From the NCBI GenBank assembly GCA_964188305.1, contig OZ076890.1: a DNA stretch of 64,000 bases. One strand, 5' to 3'. Source of the DNA: Podarcis bocagei. Its lineage: Eukaryota. Each line of letters starts with the position of its first letter. Within the stretch, counting starts at the first letter, position 1. Below are positions 36,738 through 48,337 of the stretch, one piece after another. Position numbers and translations under genes: made by a program. The notes beneath the pieces are model-generated. The model did no database searches. It was not told the origin of the DNA and was given only the letters and a program-made list of their open reading frames with translations.

Positions 36738-38024
36738 TTAGGACACATCTTCCCACCAGTTTTTCTGTGTTTGCCGCCTGGAGAAATTTTGTGCAAACTG
36801 CTTGTGTGCCTTTCTTTGACCAGCCATTTTTTCATGCAACTTTGTTTTCTTCCATGTGTCAATTTGCTGCCTTGACCAGGAAGAAGTATCCACAAAGCCT
36901 TCGTGTTTTCTTTGTGGAACAAACTGCAGAGCTTCCTTCCAATTCCCAGTATCTTTCAGTGTTAATAAGATGCGCATCATTTGATCCAGAGTGAGATTTT
37001 TGGCACCCTCCGCCCATTGCAAGCACCTATCCAAAGGAAGGCGTGCTGTTGCCAAGTCCAGCCGTTTTGCATTAGCAAGGGAGAGTCCAGTCTTCATTGA
37101 TTTATCAACTATTGATCCAATTATATAGATCTTATCATGCTCAAATGTTTTCATCACATTGGGAGAATCAGCAGTTAAGTAGACAAGTTGATCTTTTGGA
37201 AAGACTTCAACATAAGACTTTTCTGTCACAGTCACAAACAACTTGTCCCATGCTTCTCCGTAACGTTTGACAAATTCTTTGTGATACGGACCACCTGCTT
37301 TGAGATTACAATAATGCAAATGAAATGGGTCCAAAGCTCTACGATTGGCCCCTTCACATTCCATCAGCTGTTTCACTGTATTCTCCATTTCTCTGCGTGA
37401 CATAGAATTTTCGTAGTTCATATCATACACCAGAGGCTGACCAAAGATCATAGACTGGGCTGCTCTCCAGTTGTACATGGCATCCTGTGACCTAGTCCAA
37501 AACTTAGGGAGAAATGTATTTGGTAGCTCACCACCAGCATTTTCCTGAGCGTTTAGCATTCGTTCCTTGTTTGCTTCATTTCGTTTTTCTTTCTTTTCTC
37601 TGTCAGCTTTCTTCCTGTTTTCTTTTATAGCCAAGAATTTTAAGTACTTCCTTATGGAACTCTTGGTGGGACATTCATTTAAAGTCTTGAAATCTTCTTC
37701 GCTAATATTTTCTGGAACAAGTCTGCCCGATAGTCTCCACATCTCAATAAGTTCCCTAGTAACCGCTAAAGGAGAATCTTCTTCACTCTGTGATGTTCTT
37801 TCAGTGGCTTCTTCTTGCTGCGCAGACCGCATTACATGTTTCCATCCATCCAAATCTAGTTTCTCAGTAGCACTCGGTGAGGAGTCCTTGTTTAACCAAG
37901 CCGACAAAACCAAAGTTCTACAAGTTATGACTCTGCTGGGCATTATTAAAAATAATCTCCTTTTTGTCCCATCTGATGCTGCTAATTGGAAGACAGATCT
38001 TCTAATAATATTAAATAGATGCAT
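36738..38024 (-). CDS. TRMT10C: tRNA methyltransferase 10C, mitochondrial RNase P subunit MRPP1 (428 aa, single coding exon)
   Basis: Trm10 SPOUT motifs YLTADS, YIIGSIVD, ARLPLD, KNLTLDQM, W..AL.FVPQRK. Basic N-terminal presequence. Acceptor ttttctctgtataattgcag near 38068. Synteny with PCNP. Confidence 0.96.
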   Translation of the reverse strand: MHLFNIIRRSVFQLAASDGTKRRLFLIMPSRVITCRTLVLSAWLNKDSSPSATEKLDLDGWKHVMRSAQQEEATERTSQSEEDSPLAVTRELIEMWRLSGRLVPENISEEDFKTLNECPTKSSIRKYLKFLAIKENRKKADREKKEKRNEANKERMLNAQENAGGELPNTFLPKFWTRSQDAMYNWRAAQSMIFGQPLVYDMNYENSMSRREMENTVKQLMECEGANRRALDPFHLHYCNLKAGGPYHKEFVKRYGEAWDKLFVTVTEKSYVEVFPKDQLVYLTADSPNVMKTFEHDKIYIIGSIVDKSMKTGLSLANAKRLDLATARLPLDRCLQWAEGAKNLTLDQMMRILLTLKDTGNWKEALQFVPQRKHEGFVDTSSWSRQQIDTWKKTKLHEKMAGQRKAHKQFAQNFSRRQTQKNWWEDVS

Positions 38025-40216
38025 ATTTTAGAAGTTTGTAATTGGAAATGTGATGTGCGGCTGTTATCTGCAATTATACAGAGAAAACAGAAGATAATTC
38101 AGTATTAGCAAGCTGAAGCTGCTCCTAATCTTAACTATCTTAAAATACTGCTCACTTTGTATGTCAGTAAAAACATGCATTCTAGTCTCGTAATAGAGCA
38201 AGGGAGAATTGATGAAGCTGTCTAAAGGTGCCGTTCTGTACCTCTTTACCTAGAAGTAAACTCAATGGGACTTTCTTCAGGGTAAAGATTTAAATGAGGA
38301 GTGGGGGAACCATGGCCAAAAGGCAGCCTTCTGAGTGTTTCTTCTGACCGACAGGACCCTTCCTATGCAATGCCACACCCCCTCACTAGCCCTCCTTCAT
38401 GCCCTGCTTGAGTGTACCTGGAATGTGTCGCTGAACTGTAATAATGTCATTTACTTCCTAGAAGAGGAGGAGGGGTATTGTAGAAATGGCTGGTTTTCAG
38501 GTGGCTACAATCCACTGCGCCACCCTCTTTTGCCCCTGACTCTGCCCTCCACTTGCATACAGCCCCTGGAAGTCTCCTCATAAGGGAATGCAACCCTAAA
38601 ACTAAAACAAGCTCCCGAGGCCTGATGAATAGGATTGTATTGTGAAAATTAAGAGACTTTAGGCAACTGAAAATGCCAGTTGGAGAAATGAATGTGATAG
38701 ATACTGAGAAATAAAAGGCTGGACATAAAAGGAAGAGCTGGGGTGGGACAAAGCTGTGGGATGCTTCAAAGGGAGGGATAAGTTTGTGTCATATGCAAAA
38801 CTTATTGGAAAACTCAGTGTATGGATTTAAGGAGGAGCATCAGAGTTCCTCAGTTCAATAACCCTGCCCTCTATTATAGCTCCATGCATTGATATTTTAA
38901 CAACAAATAACACTGAAGAACCAATAGAATTATCAGCCTTTTCTCCTTTCACCCTCATAGGTCCTTCGCTTACATCAGCAACAAAGTCATTATCCTATTT
39001 CAAAGCATAATGCAAAAGTCTTCCTAACTGGGGGAAATAGGTTATGCACTTTACATCAGACATTTATTAAAAACTCAATACTTTGAAATAAAATGTTTAG
39101 AAATTCATATGAGAAAATACATTCAAAATGCATTTTTAAAAACCCAAATATTAATGTGGAAACAGCATGTACAAGACTTGTAAATGAACTCATGTGAAAA
39201 TCTCACAGAAATTTTCTGTGACCAGAAAACCTTTTGATATGCCCATCTTTAATTACAGTACATGGGCGCCACTAATTTCAGTAAAGCTTTCAAATGAGCT
39301 CCATCTGCATTACCACCTTGATTCAAAATAACTTTATATATAACTAATTTTATTGCTGGTGGCCAAATTCAATAAACACAATTTGCATTCCTAAAAAGAG
39401 GACTAGGAGCAATTGGGCCTCGGACCAGAAATATCTATGAAATAAGAAGATTGGTTTTATAGAAATATTAAGTTACCTTTTCTTTTGTCAAGTATGCAGT
39501 TACTTGCTACTATGCTTTGAAGCCCACAGGTTCTGGAAGTAAACATAGGTTTGAGAATATTAAAACTGGTTTCCACATAGTTAAAGTGCTTTAAGAAATA
39601 AGAAGTTTGACAACTTTCCTCCACCAATGATCAGCTACAGCATCATATGGAATTGTTCTCTAAGCTGCACAAAAGCTACATGTCATATAGAACTCTTTTG
39701 AAGACTTCAGATAACTCTTTTAAGGGGTTTCCCCCCCCCAGATCAGTCTTCTCACTCCTGTGTTGCCCTTTATCAGGACACCTCCCTTTCGCCATCTACA
39801 CTACTGGGGAAGAGAAACCAAAGAGCCATAGTTCAGTTGTGGAGCACTGTGCAGACGGTCCCAGATTCAATCTCCAGGTAGGCTTTCCTGTTTGAAACCC
39901 TAACAGAGCTGCATAAAATTCTGAAACAGATGGACCACCGATCTAGCTTGGTATAAAGCAGCTTCCTATGATCTTTTAACTCCAGACAAGGAAATCAGTT
40001 GCCTTTTTTATAAAAGGAGAAGCAGGAAAAAGAGGGAGCTATCTGTTTCTCTATGGAATCAACATTCACTGCCTTGTGCACTTTTAACACCCATCTTCTA
40101 GCTCCACACACTTTCGTTCAAGTGACTTCCTCACAGCAGCCACAGTAATACACAGCTAAGAGCTCTTAAGCCCATTAGTTTCAACCAGATGGAGGCTACA
40201 AACCTATAGCATACAG

Positions 40217-40350
40217 CAGGCATGGCCAAACTTGGCCCTCCCCATGTTTTTGAGACTACAACTCCCATCATCCCTAGCTAACGACAGTGGTCATGGATGA
40301 TGGGAATTGTAGTCCCAAAACATCTGGAGGGCCAAGTTTCGCCATGCCTG
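40217..40350. mobile_element. hAT (MER5/Charlie-like) MITE
   Basis: TIR CAGGCATGGC.AAACTTGGCCCTCC at both ends, exact 8-bp TSD GCATACAG (40209-40216, 40351-40358), internal inverted gactacaa.tcccatcatcc. Confidence 0.9.
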
Positions 40351-40429
40351 GCATACAGGTTTACCTAGGAGTAACTCTTAGCTGGACTCGAGGGGACTTA
40401 CTTCTGAGTAGGTACACCCAGAAATCCAG

Positions 40430-41060
40430 CGTGCGCCTACGCAACTCTATATATTTGAAGGTCCGTAATGCCGTTCACATTCTGCTATCCCAGCACTACA
40501 CCCGCTCAGAAAATATTTTCGGCGCCATCCTAAACAATCACCTCAAACAACTGAAGCTCCGCGCGCTCCACTCCTCCGCACATGCCCGGTCCGGCTCCAA
40601 TCACCTTCCCGCCGGAAGTTGGTATGCCGATGCTCCCTCCTCCCCCCCTCGAATGGTTCCGCTAACGTCACTAGGCCATTCATCCACTTCGGAAGGAGCT
40701 GAGCAATCCTTGCCACTGGTTGGTCGGTTTCCGAGCCAATCACGGGGAGCTGCAAGAAGAGCTTCGCGACTGCCCTCTTTCTGCGCGAAAGTAGCTTGTG
40801 CGCATGCGCTCCGCATGGGTCGGTGGCCGCGCTGCAGCTGCTTGTCTGAGCCTTCCACCTCTCTCAGTCGCCATGAGCTTCTTGCTTCCCAAGCTCGGCA
40901 GCAAAAAGGAGGTGGATGAGGCAATCAAGAGCGTGGCCGAGAAAGTCCTGGTCCTTCGCTTTGGCAGAGATGAAGATCTCGTCTGCATGCAGCTGGACGA
41001 TATTGTGAGCAGGCGAATTTTGCTCCTTGCAATCGCATTCCCCCCCCCCTCGCTCCCAGT
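40430..41060. promoter_or_regulatory. Bidirectional CpG promoter TRMT10C(-)/TXNL4B(+)
   Basis: CpG-rich. ETS CCGGAAGT (~40612), CCAAT (~40596, ~40736), NRF1 TGCGCATGCGC (~40799). It is the only CpG island 5' of TRMT10C. Confidence 0.8.
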
Positions 41061-42610
41061 AGGAATTTGTTGTCTGGGACAACCAAGTCAGACACAGTTC
41101 CCCCCCCCCACCCACACACACACCGCTGTGAACAAAACAAAAGAGGACATTTTACTGCCAGAATTCATATGAAAGTATTCCGTGTTAATAAGAAGTAATT
41201 TAATAATAAAAGTCTTACTAATAAAGCAGCATCTGCGTACGTTGTGCTTTACAAAGAACGGGTCCCATGCAGAGGCTTAAGTATAAAAATATAGAAAGGG
41301 AACTCAGGAGGGCAGGGGAGGGAAAAGGAGACGGGGGTAAAAATATCAGCCACTCTGGAAGACTCTTAAATTTCATTTTTACTGGTTTATTTTACTTTCC
41401 CCTTTAAAACATTTACATTACATAGAACTGTATGGCAAGAGATAGTGCTTTGGTATCCTGGTCCTAACCCAGATTACCAACACTTCAACCCTACTGATAT
41501 TTTGACAGCACATAGTTGTGCTGGTGTTGGCCCCAGAAGTAAATGGACATTAGTTACTCCTTCATGTCATTCCCACCCACCCACACCCCCGCAAAAAAAA
41601 CAACAACCCACATGCACTGGTGCTTCAATTATCAATCTGTTCTCAAAATGTGTTAAATTTAATTCAATACTTTATTTCTTGCCCTCTCATATTGGACAGT
41701 ATAACTTTTTATAACCTTTTCTTTACAGCTTGCAAAAACATCTCATGACTTAAGTAAAATGGCTGCAATTTACTTGGTGGATGTAAACAAAGTGCCAGTG
41801 TACACCCAATATTTTGACATCAGCTATATTCCATCAACTGTCTTCTTTTTCAACGGGCAGCATATGAAAGTGGATTATGGGTAAGTTGGTTTGCATGTAA
41901 CCCAAGTACAAGCTATTCTTGGAATGATATTTGTTTGTGACCACCTGTGATGTTAGCAAGCATCAACAATGCACAAAAGACCTAATACTGTATTATTGTC
42001 AGATTTATCATAATATGACCAAGTCCTTATGTTCATTTTATGTTCTCATTTTTACTCCATCCTTCTACATTACTGTAGAAATTAGTGTGGGTGCCACAAG
42101 ACACTACTCCCCGCCCCCAATAATTTTAAACAACTATAGTCTTTCCCTAACCCTTAATATTATTAATACTGGCTTCCAAGGTCCTTGGTCATTAATTGAT
42201 TTTATTGATAAATATTTTACTGAATATTGTTTTGTTTTATTACTGTGAACATAATTGGTATTTTCTTTGTAAATGAAAAGTGGTACAGAAATCTATTAAC
42301 TATATAGGTATTTATTTAACACTAAGGAGAGTGGCTGCTTAATTGCAACATAGATTTTTAAATGCATGTATCAAATGCACTATGGGAATTCCGATTACTA
42401 CGAATCAGGATCTCTATAATAAAGGCCTAACATCTTTTAATTCTTAGTTTTGCTTTGACACTGGAGCACAGAGCATTCATATGTAAACAAATGTGTGTGT
42501 ATATAGCCAGATGGGATAAAAATCAAATTTGGTATCTTGTCTATAGAACCTATTTGTTAATATTGGAGGCAACAAGACATTGAGAAGTGTCTATTCTGAG
42601 AGGTAAAACC

Positions 42611-42660
<50 letters not shown>

Positions 42661-44498
42661 CTCTATTGTCAATGTACAACCTGTGTACAATGAAATTAAC
42701 AGAGCCTCCCTCCCCCCACCACAAACACTCAATCTCATTGTACTCTGTGTGCTTGTCGCACAACACACTAACCCCAAAAGTTGGTTGCACTATATTATTT
42801 TCTGTTCAGCAGCCTAACAGCCCACAGATAGAAACTTTTTTTTAGCCTGTTGGTACATCTGATTATACTTCTATATCTCCTGCCCAAGGGTAGAAGATTA
42901 AAGAGGTGCTGGCCAGAGTGTGAATCGTCCCTGAGAATTTTTCTCGTTCTCCTAAGGCATTGATCCCTTGCAATGTCATCTAGAAGGCTCAGGGGACAGC
43001 CCATGATATCATGGGCTGTGTTCACCACCCTCTGTAAAGACTTTCTGGGCACAGAAGTCATATCAAATCTAGAGTTGCAAAGAATTTACTCCTTAATTCC
43101 AAATGTAGCCAACTATATTTTACTCAGAGAAGACTCATTGAAATCAATGGACCTAAATTATTCATGTCCATTAATGTGTTTGGTGTGAATACTGTTTTAA
43201 CATTGGATACAACCCGCAAGAGCCACAGCAAAGGTAACAGCCACAGACTCAGGTTGCTTTAAAGCGGGATGAGACAAAGTTCAAGGAGAAAACAATTGCA
43301 GCTGGATAAAACATCCATGTTCAGAGGAGGCCTGACCTTGAAGCTGCTGCCTTGAATTCCTTGTGGGCTTCCTGGAACCATCTCTCTGGAAAACAGAATG
43401 CTGGACTACGTTGATCTTTGATCTGATCCAGCAAGGTTCATGTATGCATTCTGTCACTTTAAAGCAGGAGCTGGGAACTTTGTTTTGCAGGAAAGTTGCA
43501 GTTTGTCATGGACAACCTCATGGGCAGAGACAAGCAAAAGTGGAAGTGAAGGATGCAGCTCTTACGTTTGTGTAATAAGCTACATTTCAACCACACAAAA
43601 ACCAAAGGTTTCTACAGTGGTACCTCGGGTTGCATACCCTTCAGGTTACATACGCTTCAGGTTACAGACTCTGCTAACCCAGAAGTATTACTTCGGGTTA
43701 AGAACTTTGCTTCAGGATGAGAACAGAAATCGTGCTCCGACAGCGCGGCAGCAGCAGGAGGCCACATTAGCTAAAGTGGTGCTTCAGTTTAAGAACAGTT
43801 TCAGGTTAAGAACAGACCTCCAGAACGAATTAAGTTCTTAACCCGAGGTACCACTGTATACCACATTTAACTGGATATATATACCTTTTAATCACCAAAG
43901 CCTCTAAGCCAGGGGTAGGGAGCCTCTGGCCCACCAAGCCTCCTTATTTGGTCAGCCAGGCTGTTTCATGCAAAACTCTCCAGCCCACCTGTCAAAATGG
44001 GTCCATGGGAGTGGGCCCATAGGGTTCCCCAGCCTGCTTTAAGTGGTTTGCATCTCTCCATCCAGGTAAGCAAAATGCAACATCACAGTTAAGAACATGT
44101 TCCAGCCTGGCCAAAGTACTTGACGAAGAGTCTCAAAGCCTGAGGTAGAGTCTCAAAAAGCTACATTTGGCCCCTAAGCCTGAGGTTTCTCATCCCTGCT
44201 TTAAAGACTAGCAGATTTGTGGCATGAGTTTTTTAGGGTTCAGACTTGGAACTATAACTGTTTCAGAATTTAAGCTTGTATGTTGTTGTTCCAGCTTTCA
44301 TTTACTTTGTTCCCTTTTGCTTTCCTACTTAGATCTCCAGATCACACTAAATTTGTGGGAAGTTTCAAAACAAAACAAGACTTCATAGATTTGATTGAGG
44401 TGATTTACCGTGGAGCAATGCGTGGAAAACTAATCGTACGAAGCCCAATTGATCCAAAGAATATTCCCAAGTATGACCTTCTGTATCAAGGCATTTAA
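40873..44498 (+). CDS. TXNL4B: Thioredoxin-like protein 4B (Dim2), 3 coding exons, 149 aa
   Basis: Exons 40873-41004, 41729-41880, 44333-44498, total 450 nt. [33 protein letters not shown]...[45 protein letters not shown]...YDLLYQGI. Confidence 0.96.
42611..42659. repeat. (AAT)16 microsatellite
   Basis: Perfect trinucleotide run; the tail of the LINE. Confidence 0.95.
42611..43065 (-). mobile_element. 5'-truncated Rex1/Babar-type LINE with (ATT)n tail
   Basis: ORF 43061-42795 [11 protein letters not shown]...[14 protein letters not shown]...RLKKSFY..AVRLLN matches the Rex1/Babar ORF C-terminal pattern. It is followed by a short 3' UTR and the trinucleotide tail. Confidence 0.75.
43615..43856. 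mobile_element. Tigger-like MITE family A
   Basis: TA-CAGTGGTACCTCGGGTT...AACCCGAGGTACCACTG-TA. Confidence 0.88.
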
Positions 44499-45467
44499 TG
44501 CCCCACTGAGAGAGGAGTGACAGGGAGAGGAATATGAACTGCTTAAAGCTGATGATTCCACGTCTTCTCCAAACATATGCCAATTGCATTTTGAAAGCGA
44601 ATGGAAGAAAGGAGCTGAGACTGGTCTTTTTTGTACACAGGATCATATTGGTCAGCCTCAGAGACAGACTTTCATTAATTCATTTTTCAGTGGAATTGAC
44701 TGGAATTGCTTAGGCTGCGACTTATTTAATTCTAATATGTCAAAGAAGCTGCAGTAGAGTAATATGTTCTTGTTCTAAATAAATGCTTTCGGGTTATATA
44801 AGGATATAATTAACAAGAATCATTCTAGAGCTGCCATGTCCTGTAGAAGCATCCCGAAGAAAAGGTAAAAGTGGTGACTGGATTTTTATTCTGAAATGTT
44901 ATAACTGCTCCCACTATCTGTCCTAACTTCCCAGCCATCAACTGGACACTACATCTTCAGAAATATAAGGTTTTTCTAGTTTCACAACCCAAAATGGGAA
45001 ATTCTCTTTTGGAAAAGGACGGAGGGTGGGAGTTTAAAAGTTAAAATTGGTTTATTTAAAAAATAAATATTTTAAGATTTTAAGAATTAAACTCAACTGT
45101 ATTGTGTCAAAGTATGATGATGCAACAGGAAGGATGAATAAGTAAACCCATCTTTCAAGCAAAGTTTTCTCATTCTTTTTGCTATGCACTGAAGTTTCCA
45201 CTCAAAATTGCAATGTATACAGTGATTTATTCAGATTAAACCCCAGACTTTTCAAAGGAAGGAGGGAAGTTTTGCCAGAAACAAGGAACAGTTGTTACAT
45301 TTACATTCACATAAAGTTTCAGAAATGGAAATGGGACAACAGATATTAGACTGGTAATGGTGTGCTCCATATTTAGATAAAGTACTTTTACCTCAACGAT
45401 AAGCTTAAGCATCGAAGCTAGTACAAAACTTCTATTAGAAGAAAAAATGGGTATGAATAACAGATGC

Positions 45468-46505
45468 TTAACTTGTTTTCATTGATTTGCTCCTTGTAAG
45501 AATAGGTGAACGATTGAACGGTTGTTTGGTGAAGATTTTCAGTGCATTCTTAAGATAATTGAAAATGGACTGTAGACTAGAGGAAGGAGCCAGGCTATAA
45601 TTTTCAGTTCCTGTGGAGACTGTAGGGCAATCCACTTTCACCATAAAGCCTATTGACTTATCTAAAGGTTCACTGTGTGATACCCACTCTCGGCAATGTT
45701 TCCATATCCAGGCCTGCACCTGGGAAATGCCTTGTGTCTGGTGCGGTGTGTGGTGTGTGGAGTCAATAAGTGCAACAGCACCTACTTTGTTCATTACCTC
45801 CGAAGTTCTCTCCATGAGGAGGTTGATGAAAACCAAACCTCCATAGCCATGGGCAATGAAAGCCACCTTTTCCGCTGTGCTCTTTGAAATGAAATGGTCC
45901 CAAACGTAACTTGTATGCTCTTCAGGACTACTGCTCTCTCTCTTTGGGACTGTCAAGGGTAATTGTAGTGGACATGTGGAGTCTTTTTTCTCAGACAGGC
46001 TTAAGCATTCTTGTTCTGTCTTCAGTTCAATGAAGTTATCATTGGGATTTAAAACAATCACTCCCCAAGAGCACTGCAGAGCCTTTATGATGAATGGTAT
46101 TTGAGATCCATGTTGGAGGCCTTCATGAACGATGACTTTTCGTCCCCACTGACCTGCACGAAAAGGTCCCTTGTCTTGAAGGAGGACGACTAGAGTTGAG
46201 CAATTAGTTAAGGCATCCTCACTCATGAAAAAAAAACTGCAACGTTCATTGTCTGGAGCATCTGTTGGGATGTAAACCTTTTGCAGTTTGCATGTCTTTT
46301 CCAGGAGCTCGAAAACATACTGCGTAATTAAGTATCCAAGAAATTGATAATGTCGGTGATTAGCATGTGAATCTTGATAATCATAAACAAAAGGTTCATT
46401 GGTATCCATATGCCTAAGCTCCCCATTTTTATTAAAGTCATATTTGAGAGTTTCTGGACATTCTGAACTATTTATTAGTTTTCTGAAGCTCAAGTCTTCA
46501 TTCAT
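45468..46505 (-). CDS. FAM172B: FAM172/ARB2-family protein, FAM172B ortholog, intact 345-aa ORF
   Basis: Family motifs FRAGQW, GLQHGSQIP, GVIVLNPNDNF, SSSPEEH..YVWDHFI, FIAHGYGG, AVALIDS.H, CREWV.HSEPLD. Lies between TRMT10C and SENP7, as human FAM172BP does. A possible upstream exon 47124-47056 would add MNWSQ. Confidence 0.9.
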   Translation of the reverse strand: MNEDLSFRKLINSSECPETLKYDFNKNGELRHMDTNEPFVYDYQDSHANHRHYQFLGYLITQYVFELLEKTCKLQKVYIPTDAPDNERCSFFFMSEDALTNCSTLVVLLQDKGPFRAGQWGRKVIVHEGLQHGSQIPFIIKALQCSWGVIVLNPNDNFIELKTEQECLSLSEKKDSTCPLQLPLTVPKRESSSPEEHTSYVWDHFISKSTAEKVAFIAHGYGGLVFINLLMERTSEVMNKVGAVALIDSTHHTPHQTQGISQVQAWIWKHCREWVSHSEPLDKSIGFMVKVDCPTVSTGTENYSLAPSSSLQSIFNYLKNALKIFTKQPFNRSPILTRSKSMKTS

Positions 46506-48098
46506 CTGTGACCACTACAAATAAAACAGACAGATCATGACATAAACAAAAAACCATACATTTCTTAAACAACTGTATTCAAGTTCTTGTAAAAATATTG
46601 TAGAAAATCTTAAAATATCACTGTTCAGGTGGGGACAGCAGTAAAAATAACTTTAACTTAAATCAGTGCAACTTAAAAAGTGACAAATATTTCTGTTTGT
46701 TGCATTTGTATCCTGTTCCATTTTCAAAGTAGCACAGAATGATGAGAGGTTTATTAGATGTTTTAAAGTACTGGTGAGGCCCAAACCCACTAAACTTCAG
46801 TGTAAAACTTTAGTAGATACCTTCAGATCATTCTCTAAACTGGGTAATATTAGCCACCACTGTAGTAACAGATAAAAAGTAGATCAGTTTAAACCCAGGA
46901 TATATTTCTAGTATACTTCTACTTGACTTTTATCAGTATCCAGTGAAGTAGTTCTATTGGTGCCAAGACTTCTGGCTGTGAAGCAGTCTTTCCCCTCCAT
47001 CTCCTCTCCCCTTGTGCCCCCTGCACAGACACCCCTAAATACAGAACATACTTACATTCATGTTGCTTGAGGATAACAGCAAAGGCTTCTAGACAGTTCT
47101 GGATATTTTGCTTCAGAGATCTGTCTGAACAGAGTCAACTATTAAGATGTTGTAGTTCAGGACTTATTGTTTCCTAATCAAGTATAGCTATGGTGCCAAA
47201 TTTAAGGGCAAACAATTTACAAACTCAGTTGTGCACCACATGCTAAAAATAGGCATGAAAACTGATAATGTGGGGAAGTGCTTCCTAATCGTTGTATTGA
47301 GATTTCCTTGTTCTGTGCATTTCATCCAGTTCTTTAATTCTGTAAACACCATACTGAATTCTTAAATTGCTCCCAAGTTAAAACTGCCATACGTGCCCTA
47401 TATGGCCAAAACACACACAACATTACACCTATGCAATCCACACAACTTGAAATGTGCACTGTGTAGAATATTGTATGCCTACTCCTTATGAATGTGATGT
47501 ATGAAACTAACCTTGATACCTAGGGGGTTGTAAACCTACATATCCCACAATACACATTAAACATCTACTTGTGCGTCGCAATTTCTACTATTCAACAGAA
47601 GTTATTTTCAAAGAAGCATTATAGGACTGCACCCTTATTTATATTAAGAAAATTACATGCAGAAAGATATAACCAAAATCATATACACACACGCAGAAGA
47701 GGAAGCAGCAAACTCAGGTTTCCAATTTTATGGAACTCCCAGATAAATGTAGACCCTGTCCCTGCCTTTCCTCCTCCCATCTTTCCTCCTCCCTCCTTCT
47801 CAGAAGCCTCCTGGCTATTATCAAGACCTGAGAAAACCAGACATAGGGAAACTCCTTCTTATAATTCAGGCCCCTTATCTGTTACATTCCTTTGGTGAGC
47901 ACAGAAAGAAAAGGCCATTAGTGGCGAAACAAAGCAGGGACTGAATTACTTCAAGCATTTGATGGATTGCAGGATACAAAAACAGGGAGGAGCTTCAAAG
48001 GGTATCTGAAAACTTTCCACTAACTTCCTTTGACACATATGAAAAAGCAGGCAATATCTATCAGCAAGCATTTCTGTTTACAGAAGCAAATGGCATTA

Positions 48099-48337
48099 CA
48101 GTGGACGCTCGGGTTGCAAACGTGATCCGTGCGGCAGGCACGTTCGCAACCCGTAGTGCCACGTCTGCACACGCGCGGGTTGAGATTCAGCACTTTTGAG
48201 CAAAGTGAGATTTAGCGCTTCTGCGCATGCGCGACTGCCGGAACCCGGAAGTAACCCGTTCCAGTACTTCCGGGTTTTGGCGCATCCGTAACCTGAAAAA
48301 ACGCAACCTGAAGCATCTGTAACCCGAGGTATGACTG
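48099..48337. mobile_element. Tigger-like MITE family B (CpG-rich)
   Basis: TA-CAGTGGACGCTCGGGTT...AACCCGAGGTATGACTG-TA. Confidence 0.82.

Noticed and set aside
37567-38031. 154-aa plus-strand ORF
   Set aside because: Antisense shadow of TRMT10C.
40287-40919. 210-aa ORF over the TRMT10C/TXNL4B promoter
   Set aside because: Starts with GTG inside a MITE, is out of frame with TXNL4B and shows no recognisable homology.
43440-43841. 133-aa ORF as a transposase remnant
   Set aside because: Runs through a non-autonomous MITE with no DDE or HTH motifs.
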